Of a stretch of DNA of 64,000 bases, positions 51,501 through 63,899 are shown in pieces. The stretch is from Chiloscyllium plagiosum. Taxonomy: Eukaryota. Position 1 is the stretch's first letter; the number at the start of each line of letters is the position of its first letter. The position numbers and the translations under genes are program-made. The notes under the pieces were generated by a model, which saw only the letters and a list, made by a program, of their open reading frames with translations, was not told the DNA's origin and ran no database searches. Location of the stretch: the NCBI RefSeq assembly GCF_004010195.1, contig NC_057738.1, positions 41,693,693-41,757,692 of the forward strand, in the 5' to 3' direction.

Positions 51501-53677
51501 ATGGCTTTTTTGGGGGGTAATTCCTGCCTTCCCTGTCACTCAATAAGATTATGGTGTACTTTCACCCTGACTTCAGTTTTCTACGTTATCCCCAAATCCC
51601 TTAATTCCTTTAGGACCATCTATCTCTCAGTCTTGAATATACTCAATAATTGAGCAGCCAGAGTGCTCTGGGGAAGAATTCCAAGGATTTAGGATCTCTT
51701 GATTGAAAATTTCTCACATTTGTCCCAAATGGCTAACCTCTTCTGCTGAGTGTGTTTGTGCCTATTGGCCCCCCATTTCCGTTCAACAGCTGGTTAAATA
51801 TTTTCTCAAGGATTTACCAAGGATTTTATGTATTTATTTAACGATAGCAGTCTTTACTAGCTAGTGCAGAATTTCACCCATTTTGTTTCACGTTTAATCC
51901 ATAAGAAGCTCCAGTAGAACAGGAACTGCTTCTCATGAACAAGACAACCTTCAAATAGACACACACACAGGCTGCATCTTACAGTGTTTAATATTGTCAT
52001 ATCTTCACACCTTACTTATTCCAAAATAATCCTGTGGTAGGCTGGCTGACTCATACATAAGATGACCCTATGATTATTATTATTATGAACAGGGACCTTC
52101 CCTGCACAAATTAAGGTTGTTTCTTCTTGTCTGACATGACAGAACATTGTTGACAGCAGAGGGCCTGAACTGTAATGGAGTTCAAAGACGTTATAAAATG
52201 TTGATAGCCTTGTAAGTATTCAGCCTCAACATTAGTTCCACTCAAGGTCAGTGAGGTAGAAGGTAGAAAACCAAATTGAATGTGAAACTAAACTCACCTG
52301 ACCACTTCCCCAAGTCCCAGGCACTTAGTGCTTGGACCATTCCAGAATTATAGCTTCCACACAGGCTTAAACATGGCATTGGGAAGGATTTATCTTCATG
52401 TGTCTAGGAAAACGGCATTAAACTGTCCTTTTCCCAATCTGGATAATCTTCTTTCCTAATGGATATGACCAGTATCATCTAACAAGAGGTTTTGTTTGAA
52501 GATTCATTTATTGTAGTGTTCAGCTTTCCAATATCTGTTCCTTTTCTATCTCTGCAGTCTTGGCACAGCACAGTGCCAACACTGTCAGTTCCCGTCAATA
52601 AGACACGACCTTGCAACTTTGAGTCTTTCAGTATTTTTCCGGTTCAGCTACTTCATTTCATAAAGTTGCAGCAGTGGGTTTGAAGATGCCTCACTGTGAT
52701 TCCTTTGCTGAGGAAAAGAAAATCCACTGTTCCAAATCCTGCAGAGACATTTCCTTTCTGTCATTGCCATAGTTCATTGACACAGTTAGTTATACCAAGG
52801 GCAGTGGTGCCAGTTTGACTTGGATTTTCTGCCTTGCCTTCTCTCATGTTGGGCCATCTCACTCACTTATTCTGCTTGAATCAATTTAAAAACTCTGCTT
52901 ATTAATTTTAACTCATTGACTCTGGCAACCATTGATAGCATTTGCAATATGTGCTGGTGTCCCTCGAGTTTATATGGAAGTTCATATTGAAAAAGGCGGA
53001 AGGTACCTCAACAGTTAAGCTTTTCATTTCTCTTCTCAAAAAGCCCTGCAGCTGCTTCAACTATAATTGTCTTTCAGATGAATTTGCAAATTATATTTGA
53101 ATATTTCGGTTCAACATTCACATCCTTATCATTCAGAGCAAGTACCGAAAGCAGTCATAAAGCAAATTGCAGAGTAAAAATAACTTGTAACCTAAAAAGA
53201 AAATGTTAGAATGCATTGAAATGTCTGCAATTGCTTTGAAGTTTATTTTTTCCAGCTGTCAAACTGGTGAGGCGACCAATTCTCTTCAAACCCCTGTAAG
53301 AGCTTTATTGTAGCTACATCTTCCATTTAATCCTCCCCAGATGCAGAGTGGATGCAGCGACACAATTTAAACAGATGGGGCAACTGCACTGTGTGCCCCA
53401 TTCAAATCCACCTGAAACTATTGCCATATTTAAATCAAGCTTTTTGACATGGAATAAAAGTATTTAGGTCAGCTTAAAAGCTGAATGGAAAATCACAGCA
53501 TACATTGAATACTGATTCTGAGACAGCTGTTTCCACGCAAGTATTTGTGTGAGTGTAAAATCAGCTCCATAAACCGATGTTAAAAATATTTAAGTCAGTG
53601 CATTTTAATGACTAAATGGTTCAATTTGTGAAGTAGCTCCCTGAAACCCTTTCGTAACTTTGATGAACGATCCTTGA

Positions 53678-54075
53678 AAAACATTTAAAAGGCATCTGTA
53701 TGTGTAGATGAATAGAAAAGATTTAGAGGGATATGGGTCGTGAGTGTGGTGTTGGAAAAGCACAGCAGGTCGGGCAGCATCTGAGAAGCAGGAGAATCGA
53801 CGTTTCGGGCAAACGTCCTTCAGCAGGAAATGGGAAGTTTTCCTGATGAAGGACTTTTGCCCGAAACATTGATTCTCCTGTTCCTTGGCTGCTGCCTGAC
53901 CTGCTGTGCTTTTCCAGCACCACACTCTTGACTCTGGTCTCCAGCATCTGCAATCATCGCTTTTTCCTTTAGAGGGATATTGGCCACGTGGGGCAAATGG
54001 GACTAGATTAATTCTGGTCAGCACGGATGAGTTGGACTGAAGGGTCTTTTCCATGCTGTACATCTCCATGACTCA
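53678..54075 (+). mobile_element. CR1 3' end split by a PLE hairpin
   Basis: acatttaaaaggcatctg..tttagagggatat [insert] tttagagggatat..catctccatgactc. Confidence 0.9.
53735..53967. mobile_element. Miniature palindromic PLE insertion (family A)
   Basis: Arms 53737-53830 and 53839-53932, tail 53933-53967; exact 13-bp TSD tttagagggatat at 53722-53734 and 53968-53980. Confidence 0.93.
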
Positions 54076-54224
54076 ACAATGTCAGTCATGGCGATTTTTG
54101 AATGTCGGATAAAGTTGGTCACACCAGAAGCTCATGGAGATATGAGGCACAGTGTGTGATATATGCCGCTTTTGAAACAAGACATCATTACACATTGAAT
54201 AGTTTTTTGCTAATAAAGAATGAT

Positions 54225-54580
54225 TTGCCCCTTTCACAATGTCCCTCATTATGTTACATGAACTCCTTCTTTTAAGAGTAGCCACTCTCATATTGTAAGA
54301 GACGCAACAATACATTTGCACACAAATAGTTCCCACAAACCACAAACCAATAACAGTACAACCATCTGGTTTACTGATGGTGGCTCAGGGATAAATGTTG
54401 CCAAGGCAGAATTTCCTGATTGAAATCGTGCCATTGAATCTTTTACATTTACTTGATGGTCGGAGATGGGTCCTTGTGTCAATGCCTTGTCTGAAAGTCA
54501 TCACATTTTGACAGTGCACCATTCTACTCACAGCTTTGTTGTTTTTGATTTTAAATCTCGAGATCGGGCCTTGGGCCTTC
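54225..54580 (-). mobile_element. DeuSINE-like copy
   Basis: gggataaatgttgccaagg..atcttttacatttac..tttgacagtgca. Confidence 0.6.
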
Positions 54581-54784
54581 TGTTTGTTGTGGTTTTGTCC
54601 ATCAGAACTCTCAGGGCGGTTTTGGGTAGTTTGGCTGCCACTAATTATTCCTATCAGTCATGGTCGTCGTAACCAATACCAATTGGGGTTGGATCCCCAC
54701 AATAAATTTTCAGTCGTTGATTAGCCCTGTCATGTGCTGATATTATGACATTGTAATTAATAGCTTGTGACACTAAGCTTGACT

Positions 54785-56405
54785 TAGAGTCATAGAGTCA
54801 TAGAGATGTACAGCATGGAAACAGATCCTTCGGTTCAACCTATCCACGTCGACCAGATATCCCAACCCAATCTAGTCCCACCTGCCAGCACCCGGCCCAT
54901 ATCCCTCCAAACCCTTCCTATTCATATATCCATCCAAATGCCTCTTAAATGTTATAAATGTACCAGCCTCCATCACATCTTCTGGCAGCTCATTCCATAC
55001 ATGTACCACCCTCTGCGTGAAAACGTTGCCCCTTAGGTCTCTTTTATATCTTTCCCCTCTCACCCTAAACCTATACCCACTAGTTCTGGACACCACCACT
55101 CCAGGGAAAAGACTTTGTCTATTTATCCTATCCATGCCCCTCATAATTTTGTAAACCTCTATAAAGTCACCCTTCAGCCTCCGACGCTCCAGGGAAAACA
55201 GCCCCAGCGTGTTCAGCCTCTCCCTGTATCTCAGATCCTCCAACTCTGGCAACATCCTTGTAAATCTTTTCTGAACCCTTTCAAGTTTCACAACATCTTT
55301 CCGATAGGAAGGANNNNNNNNNNNNNNNNNNNNNNNNNNNNNNNNNNNNNNNNNNNNNNNNNNNNNNNNNNNNNNNNNNNNNNNNNNNNNNNNNNNNNNN
55401 NNNNNNNNNNNNNNNNNNNNNNNNNNNNNNNNNNNNNNNNNNNNNNNNNNNNNNNNNNNNNNNNNNNNNNNNNNNNNNNNNNNNNNNNNNNNNNNNNNNN
55501 NNNNNNNNNNNNNNNNNNNNNNNNNNNNNNNNNNNNNNNNNNNNNNNNNNNNNNNNNNNNNNNNNNNNNNNNNNNNNNNNNNNNNNNNNNNNNNNNNNNN
55601 NNNNNNNNNNNNNNNNNNNNNNNNNNNNNNNNNNNNNNNNNNNNNNNNNNNNNNNNNNNNNNNNNNNNNNNNNNNNNNNNNNNNNNNNNNNNNNNNNNNN
55701 NNNNNNNNNNNNNNNNNNNNNNNNNNNNNNNNNNNNNNNNNNNNNNNNNNNNNNNNNNNNNNNNNNNNNNNNNNNNNNNNNNNNNNNNNNNNNNNNNNNN
55801 NNNNNNNNNNNNNNNNNNNNNNNNNNNNNNNNNNNNNNNNNNNNNNNNNNNNNNNNNNNNNNNNNNNNNNNNNNNNNNNNNNNNNNNNNNNNNNNNNNNN
55901 NNNNNNNNNNNNNNNNNNTATAGTTCCCTGGCTTGTCCTTACCACCCTTCTTAAACAGTGGCACCACGTTTGCCAACCTCCAGTCTTCTGGCACCTCACC
56001 TGTGACTATCGATGATACAAATATCTCAGCAAGAGGCCCAGCAATCACTTCTCTAGCTTCCCACAGAGTCCTCAGGTACACCTGATCAGGTCCTGGGGAT
56101 TTATCCACCTTTAACCATTTCACGACATCCAGCACTTCCTCCTATGTAATATGGACATTTTGCAATATGTCACCATCTATTTCCCTCCAGTCTACATATT
56201 CCATATCCTTTTCCACACTAAATATTGATGCAAAATATTCAATTAGTATCTCCCCCATTTTCTATGGCTCCACACAAAGGCCACCTTGCTGATCTTTGAG
56301 AGGCCCTATTCTCTCCCTAGTTACCCTTTTGTACTTGATATATTTGTAAAAACCCTTTGGATTCTCCTTAATTCTATTTGCCAATGCTATCTCATGTCCC
56401 CTTTG
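54785..56405 (-). mobile_element. Young CR1 (HER1-like) ORF2 fragment spanning a gap
   Basis: LKVDKSPGPD..VPEDWRLANVVPLFKKGGKDKPGNY; LERVQKRFTRMLP..; tail (tagagtca)n. Confidence 0.96.
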
Positions 56406-56739
56406 TATGAGAATCCATGATAAGATCACTGGCTGGAAGTAATTACACACTTACTTATACTGAAGTATTCTGGTGCACAACATCAAGCCAACCAAGCATC
56501 TGGCTAGGTCTTCCTAGGAACAGTCTTTAGAACCTGATGGCCAAACATTACCTCATGATGTCAGTTAACCCTTTCAGGTACTATCCTGTACAACAGAATC
56601 ACAGCTTTCTGACGCTGAGGTCGTCATGCTGTCCACTGAGGCTACAGCTGATTCTGAGATGGCTGCAAAATAAAACCTAGCTATTTTCATAATTAACCCT
56701 GTGTCTGCTGCAGCTCAGTGACTGCCTTTGGCTCAGACT

Positions 56740-58825
56740 CACTCCACATGGATTCCAACTCAAGTTGAATCCCTCCTGTTTTGAATCCACCCAAGATCAT
56801 TGATATTCCACCATGTTCAATGCTCCACAGACAGCTGCTCTCACCGTATCCAGAAGTCCACACTGAGTGCTGTGTGGCACCACATGCAGACTCTCGATCT
56901 CTCTCTCCATGCTTGCTCAGAGCTGCACCACTCTCCAGTTCCACTTCATCCTCCGGTTCCATTGCCGTGCTAACAAGAAACTTTCTCTTTTCCTTTCAGG
57001 TATCAAGGCCACAAGATGCAACAACTCAGGGATACCCATGGACCCCTAGGTCCTTCCTCCCCTCCCCTTCCCTCTGACTCCATCCCCAACCCCAACCCCA
57101 CCTCCTGTCGGGTATTCACCATCCCTTCTAACCTTCCACTCTCTGATGCTGAGCATTCTGTGACTCAGCAAAAGGCTATGTTTTATGCCTGTGCGTGCCC
57201 ACCTTAGTGAATTTCAGGAGATAGGGGCAGGCATCTGAGAGCTGAATTTTAGGCACCAAATGACCTTGAACTCTTCTTCTGTCATCTTCCCCCACCCTCG
57301 TGCCTATTTCTTTGGATAAGAGTCCTCCCACTGTCTCCCAGACCCCTTTGCCCAGCTCCACCCCTCCCTTTGCTTGTTTACCTAAACTCAGTCTGTTCAT
57401 TGAGAACTGTCATGACAATGGTCGCCTCAATTTCTCTGCACCCCCCTCACCCATTCTCCTCCTCCTGGGAACTGACTGCACCCTATGCTCTCAGATCCAA
57501 CCCTGACTTTGTCATTAAGCTTGTGCTGATCTGGATGGTGCTGTTGTTGTCTGGCGGACTGACCTCTACATTGCAGAGGCTGAGTGCCAGCTCTTAGATA
57601 CCTGTCCCTATCTCCTTCTGGACCATGACCCCACGATGGACCATCAGGTTATTCTGTTCACAACAATCACCATCCTCAATCCATCCAGGAATCTTCCCCC
57701 ACCCTACACAACTCACATCAGCCTTCTTCCCAAAACCCACAAGCAGGACTGCCTAGCAGACCCATTGTTTCAGCCTGCTCCTGCCCCACAGAATTCATCT
57801 CTTCCCAACTCAACTTGGTTTTTCTGTCCCCTTGTCCAGTCCCTTCCCACTTATATCCATGAATCCTCTGACGCCTCATGTCAGTTTCAGAATTCCCAGT
57901 TTGCGGGCTCCAGCCACTTCCTCTTTACCATGAACACACAATCCCTTTACACAACTATCCCCATCAGGATGGCCTCAGGGTCTCCATTTCTTCCAACCAA
58001 CCCCCACTGCCCCACAACCCCATGGCACCTTGCCCGAAACTGTAAAAGGTGTAACACTTGCTAATTTACTTCCTCCCTCCTCAGTATCTTTGGGCCCAAA
58101 TATACTTCTCAGGTGAAGCAGCACTTTATCTGCACTTCACTCAATCTAGTCTACTGCATTTGCTGCTTGCAATGTGATCTTTACATTGAGGAGATGAAGT
58201 GTAGTCTGGGTGATCGCTTTTCAGAAAACCTATCTTCTGTCCACAAAAAAAGACCTAGGGCTTCCAGTTGCCTGCCATTTCAACACACCACCATGTTCCC
58301 TGACCAATATCTCTGTCTCAGGCTTGCTGGAGTGCTCCAACGAAGCTCAATGCAAGCTGGAAGAACACCATCTCATTTTCCATTTGGGAACTCTCCAGCT
58401 TTCTGGACTCAATATCAAGTTCAACAATTTTAGACACCTTCTCCCATGACTTTATCCCAACCCCACACACCAGGCCTTGTTATCACACAGTCTGCTATTA
58501 CACACAACCCACTGTTAGCCACTAACAAGCCCCATGAGCATCTGCAGTGTATTCATTCTCACGGCTGACCATTATCCACTCCTTTATCTGTCCAGTTGCT
58601 CTTCTGTCTCTTTGGGCTCTATCTCCATCCATCGTTTACTCCTTATTCCTTCTCCCATACCCCCATCTTCTACATAAAAAAAAACAATGTTTTCCTGGCT
58701 CCCATCAGTTCTGAGGAAGGTCACTGGACCCAAAATGTTAACTCTGACTTCTGTCCATAGATGCTGCCAGACTTGCTGAGCTTTTCCAGCAATTTCTGGT
58801 TTTGTTTCTGATTTGCAGCATTTCA
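56740..58825 (+). mobile_element. Degraded Neptune-type PLE (family C) with internal deletion
   Basis: DKG-like ADLDGAVVVWRTDLYIAEA, LLPKTHK, FTMNTQSLYTTIP (RT motif A), CKRCNTC linker, LVYCICC..LYIEE (GIY-YIG), LEEHHLIFHLGTLQLSGLN; decayed hammerhead at ~58707-58744. Confidence 0.88.
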
Positions 58826-59469
58826 TTATCGAGAATCACATTGAATCCAACTGAGACATTCTACCAGCAACTGTCACCTTTCGCTGGCTCAAAATCCCAG
58901 GGCTCCATGTGCATTTCTGTGGACTGGGAACAGCATTAATTCACTGACTGCTGTACTTCAGGAAGATGGCCCACTGTCACCACTGGGACTTCTCAAAGAC
59001 AATGAGGATTAATCAATAAATACTGGCTGCACTGAAACATCCTGGAGAACTGCTTGTTTTAAAAATGAATGGTTTGGGACAGTGTACTTGATAGTGATTG
59101 CAGAATGTGGGAGTGGACCTGTCACAATGTGGAGAAGGGGTTTTGGAAATAAACATAACTGCCAGGAAAGTACATTGTGATGCAACTATGTTCTCGGTAG
59201 TCATGTGATAGAGACTTTGGTAGAAGGTCGGAACTTGAGCAGCTCCAGGCAGAGTTGCCTATTGTATATTGTGTTGGTTAATACTGTTCGAAGGAACACC
59301 TTACCTCTGACCTGAGCAAATCTGATCACAGGAAGCCAGGCCAAGACAGTACAAATTATAAAAAATGCATGATACACTCAAGAATAACCTTCTTTCTCAG
59401 CAAAACCATATTTAGTTGGAAAGATTGTGAGTGGTTCATTATACTCTTATCGAATATAAAGTAACACAT

Positions 59470-59770
59470 AACTTTGCCCTTGGTGGAGCAATCAATGACC
59501 ATAGGGCATAAGTTTAAGGTAATGAGTAGAATGTTTTGAGGGGGTATGAGTAAAAGTCTTTTCACCCAGAAGGTGGCAAGAATTTGGAATTCACAACCTG
59601 TAAGGGTGGGTCAGGAAGAAACCCTCATCATGTTGACAAAATGTTTAAATGTGCATTTGCGATGCCAAGTTCTGGAAAATGGGATGAGAATAGCAAGGTG
59701 GTTGTTTTTAACTGTCATAGACATGACGGACCGAAGGGCCTTTTTCTGGGCTGCAGATCTCTATGACAAT
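59470..59770 (+). mobile_element. Old CR1 3' fragment
   Basis: FTQKVARIWNSQP; 3'UTR ggaccgaagggcc..ctctatga. Confidence 0.8.
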
Positions 59771-62700
59771 GCTTAAAATGGTTATGTGTTATCTGAAAAA
59801 AATTACTGGTCAAATGGAATCAATAGAAAATTTACATGTAGCATCATCAATTGCTTTTCATTGGTAAACCATCTCTGGTTTTGCAGTAAATATGACTTCA
59901 ATCTATAAATAGCCTTATTTCATTTGTCATGAAAAGTTAATGTCAGACACTATAGAAGTTAATCCATGCCTGACAGAGAAACCTTTCAGGTGAAACCCTT
60001 TGATAGGAGCTATGAGGAAGACTTTTAGCTCACCACATTAACTGGTCAATTCCTTTTTAGATGCTTGCTAATCCATTTTCTATTTTAATTTCTATCCTGA
60101 GTTTATTTTTAACTTTCATTCACCCAACCACATGTGGCGTGTTCCTCGAACACAGAGAGGAATTTTCTATGGCAAAGGTCAGCAAAGTGGGAGCAGTGTG
60201 AAAGGAATTGAACCTTTTATTATTTTGGCTTAGCTTCCTGCTGAAACAACATGCAGAATATTATTGAAAAGCTAGCAAGGATATACAAATTGTCTTTTCA
60301 TTGGGAGCCAAGGTATAAAGCTCAGTCACTCTCTCATGCTCATTAGAACGATGCTGTTTATTCATTTTAGTTTGAAACCATCTGTTCCTATTGCTGTGGC
60401 CAAAAGCCGGTCATTTTCATTTACTAGAGACATGGAAGCGATCAGGAACTTGGCTCCAACGTTAAGCTGAAAGCTTTATCATCATCGTTTCCACCTCCCA
60501 CTCAGAAAAAGGTTTTCACTGGGTATTTAGTCTACTGCTTGTTGATTCCCTCATTTTCAAAATATATAATTATTCAATTGGATTGTTCATCATAGCTGGA
60601 TTCATTCTGGAATCATTATTCATGTTCAAGCATTTTCATTCAGTCCATCCACAGTCACACAAAAGGTCAGCTCGCGCACAATGTCAATTAAGAAGAAAAC
60701 AGTGGCTGAAACCTGCAGGGCTAACATACAAATGGAGTGCAAAAAAAGTGTTTCTTTATTGGGAGAATTAAATGTAGAGACATTTCTCAAAAATTACTCC
60801 TGTTTTCTCTTATCATTTTCAATTAAAAGAATACTTATAAAATGGTCAATATTAATTAATGGAAGGAAAAATTGTCCTTTTCATTGTGGCTGTGAGTTAA
60901 TAACACAAAAGTTTTAAGTATTTTTCATGCTCAATTTCATATAGGTCCTTTGATCTGCCTCATGTCAAGGATTAAATGTCTTTCACTGAGCCTATCTGCT
61001 GAGCAGGTCCGAGTGAATTATTAACCTGCACGGAAGTCAATGGATTAAATGGCCTCCTTGTGCGCCATGAATTTCTATGATTCAACCACCCATTTCTCCT
61101 GTCCGTTATAAAAATGTTTCTCCTTTCCATTCATTGCTGATACTGTCAAGATGAAGAATTGACTACTGGAGATCTCACATCCAGCACTCTTTAGATCAAT
61201 CACTAAGGTCAAAGTGCACTAACCACATGCTAGCAATGACCTGTCTTTTTTGGGAAATTATCAATAATAAAGATTTAAAGATCAACAGCAATTAGGGACA
61301 GGATTAGACCATTGAACTTTTTGAGACTGCTGTGTCATTTAGGAAGATCAAGGATGATCCGATTGTGATCTTGACCCCAGTTAGCTATTTCCCCCCACCC
61401 TGACCCTTTTCTTTGTTCTGTCAACAATCTCACTAACTCTGCCCTGAATAAACAAATGGATAATTACATTGATAAATTAAAAATCTATGCATTGTGCCTA
61501 TCTAACTTGACAGCTCATCCATCAGAATTACTTGGCACACACATTTATCACCCATGGGATCATTAAAATGAGCAAAATTCGATGGACTGAAGTAAACTCT
61601 TTATCACTGCTTGATACATACAACAGGCATGCTCTGTTTGCCATTAAGCTTATTAGTTATGTCCTGATATCATTTCAGTTGGATGCAATAACACATGTAC
61701 AGGATTCAAGTTATTTTAAATTGAAACTATTATTTCTCACTGCAAGAACCAAAATTGGCTATGAATCAATATCCCAGTCTAACCTGCTCCTTTATTTGGT
61801 TTGGAATTAAGAACTCATCATGATAATCTGTTTTATAATTGATTTCTTCATCTCTCACACAGTTGCTAAAGATGTCTCGCAGTCAGAACAGTATCAGAGA
61901 CAACTTGTTTCCTGCAAACTGATCCAGCTTCACCTCTTTCAGAGTTTCGCTAAGGTTGGAGAATGCTCATGGATACAGTCAGAAATATAACGGACAAACA
62001 ATTCTGATCCCATCCCCAAGAAGTGGAATTAGCTTTTCCATGTCCCATTTTAAGGGAACATAAGCATCACAGGCAAAAACAGCTTTTAAGATCCATCCAT
62101 AATTTCCCTTGAAAGGAATGTAGAAAGCCATTTACTTGCTGAACGATTGCAGGTGCAGTTAAACTTCAATCACTGTGAAATTGCAATCACATGTTCGCCA
62201 GACTGCTTAAGGGTGGCAGATTTCCTTCCCTAAAGACCAGATCTCCAAAAATCAACCAGAAGGTTGGGGGGGAGAGGGGGCGGGTTGGGCTGGGCTGTGA
62301 AATTCTCTGCCACAGAAAGTGGCTGAGCCAAAACATTGGATAGTTTCAAGAAGGCATCATACCTAGTTCTTAAAACTAAAGGGAACAAAGAGTGTGGGGT
62401 GGAAGTGGGAACAAGGGACTGAGTTGGGTGATCAACCATGATCATATTGAAAGGCAGAGCAGCCTCAAAGGGCTGAATGGTTTACTCTTTTCCTAATCTT
62501 TCCACATTCCCAATTATTTCACATAATAAACTTTTAAATTTCTTATTTGTCAAGGTAGGATTTGAAAATATGTTCAGTCCTCTGGCTTCCCATTCCAGAG
62601 CACATAAACACTATGCCACTAGTATATCATCACATTGGCCTGTATTTGACATAGTAAGCAACAAAAAACAGAAAATATATTTTTATATATTCAATTCTCA

Positions 62701-62774
62701 TGCATGAGTCACAGAAAGTTAGTACAAAGGTACAGCAAATGATGAAGAAGGCTTTTGGAAATGAACATACAAGT

Positions 62775-62912
62775 AAGTTCTGAAAAGAGTCAGACTGGAC
62801 TTGAAGCATTAACTGTTTCTCTCCCTCTGCAGATTCTGCCAGACCTGCTAAGTTTCTCCTGCATTCTCTGTGTTTGTTCCGAATTTCCAGAATCTACAGT
62901 GTTTCACTTTTA
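62775..62912 (+). mobile_element. PLE family C 3' end inside an old CR1
   Basis: gttctgaaaagagtcagactggacttgaagcattaactg..ctgccagacctgct. Confidence 0.65.
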
Positions 62913-63021
62913 TTATAAAAGTAAGGACGTTATGTTTCAGTTTCACAGGACATTGGTAAAACCACACCTCAAATATTGTATACAGTTTTGGTTTCTTTAT
63001 TTGAGGAATAATGTGGAATTT

Positions 63022-63445
63022 CTGGTGGCTTAGTGGTTAGCACTGCTGCCTCAGTGTTTTTTAAAATTAAGAGTCACTCATCCTTTCAGGGCAGAGATGA
63101 GAAGAAATGCTTGCTGTCACTGAGTTGTGCAACCTGTGTGATTCCTTATCTCAGAAGCTGGAGGGCGAAGGATCATTAGATGTTTTAAAGGTAGAGTTAG
63201 ATCAGGGACCTGGGTTTGATTCCACTCCAGGGCGACTGTGTGTGTGGAGTTTCCATGTATTTGAGTAGGTTTCCTCTCACAGTCCAAAGATGTGTAGGTT
63301 AGGTGGATTGGCCATGGGAAATTATGCAGACTAGATGGATTAGCCCTGGGAAATACAGGGTTACAGAGATAGGGGAATGCTGTTTGGAGGGTTGGTGTGG
63401 ACATGTTGGGCTGAATAGCCTGCTTTGATAGTGTAAGGATTCTGT
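63022..63445 (+). mobile_element. HE1-like SINE with a ~150-bp foreign insert
   Basis: Head ggtggcttagtggttagcactgctgcctca, resuming cagggacctgggtttgattcc at 63203. Confidence 0.85.
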
Positions 63446-63584
63446 GTATATGTACTGGAGATGGTTTGGTCATGTTTTGCGAGATTGCTACCTGGAACAA
63501 GGGGCTAACCCTATGAGAAAAGATTTGAGAATCTGGGTTTGTATTGGACTCTAGAAGTATAAGGGCACATTTTATTGCAGAAGA

Positions 63585-63826
63585 TACAAAAGTTTGAAAG
63601 CACGTGCCAACAGATTCCGTAAAACACCCTGCTGTTATGAGACTTTTGAATGGATCTTTCATTTATTAAAATTACTCTGCACCTTCTCTGTAGCTGTAAC
63701 ATTATGTACTGCATTCTGTTCTATTACCCTGTTGTTCTCACCTAAGGTGTGATTTGCCTGGATAAGACATAAAACAATAGTTTTCACTGTATCATGGTAC
63801 ACGTGACAATAATAAATCAAATCAAA
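63585..63826 (+). mobile_element. Rex/Babar 3' fragment
   Basis: Matches 17755-17993. Confidence 0.82.
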
Positions 63827-63899
63827 ATAGCCTTGAATGGTGTTGACAACAGTGACATGGATATGACATTTCGTCTCATGGGCCAATCCAGCAACGGGG

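Noticed and set aside
54872-56135. Long 279-375 aa ORFs (also 19473-19880 and 30728-31288)
   Set aside because: Length is inflated by N gaps; the real parts are CR1 or PLE fragments.
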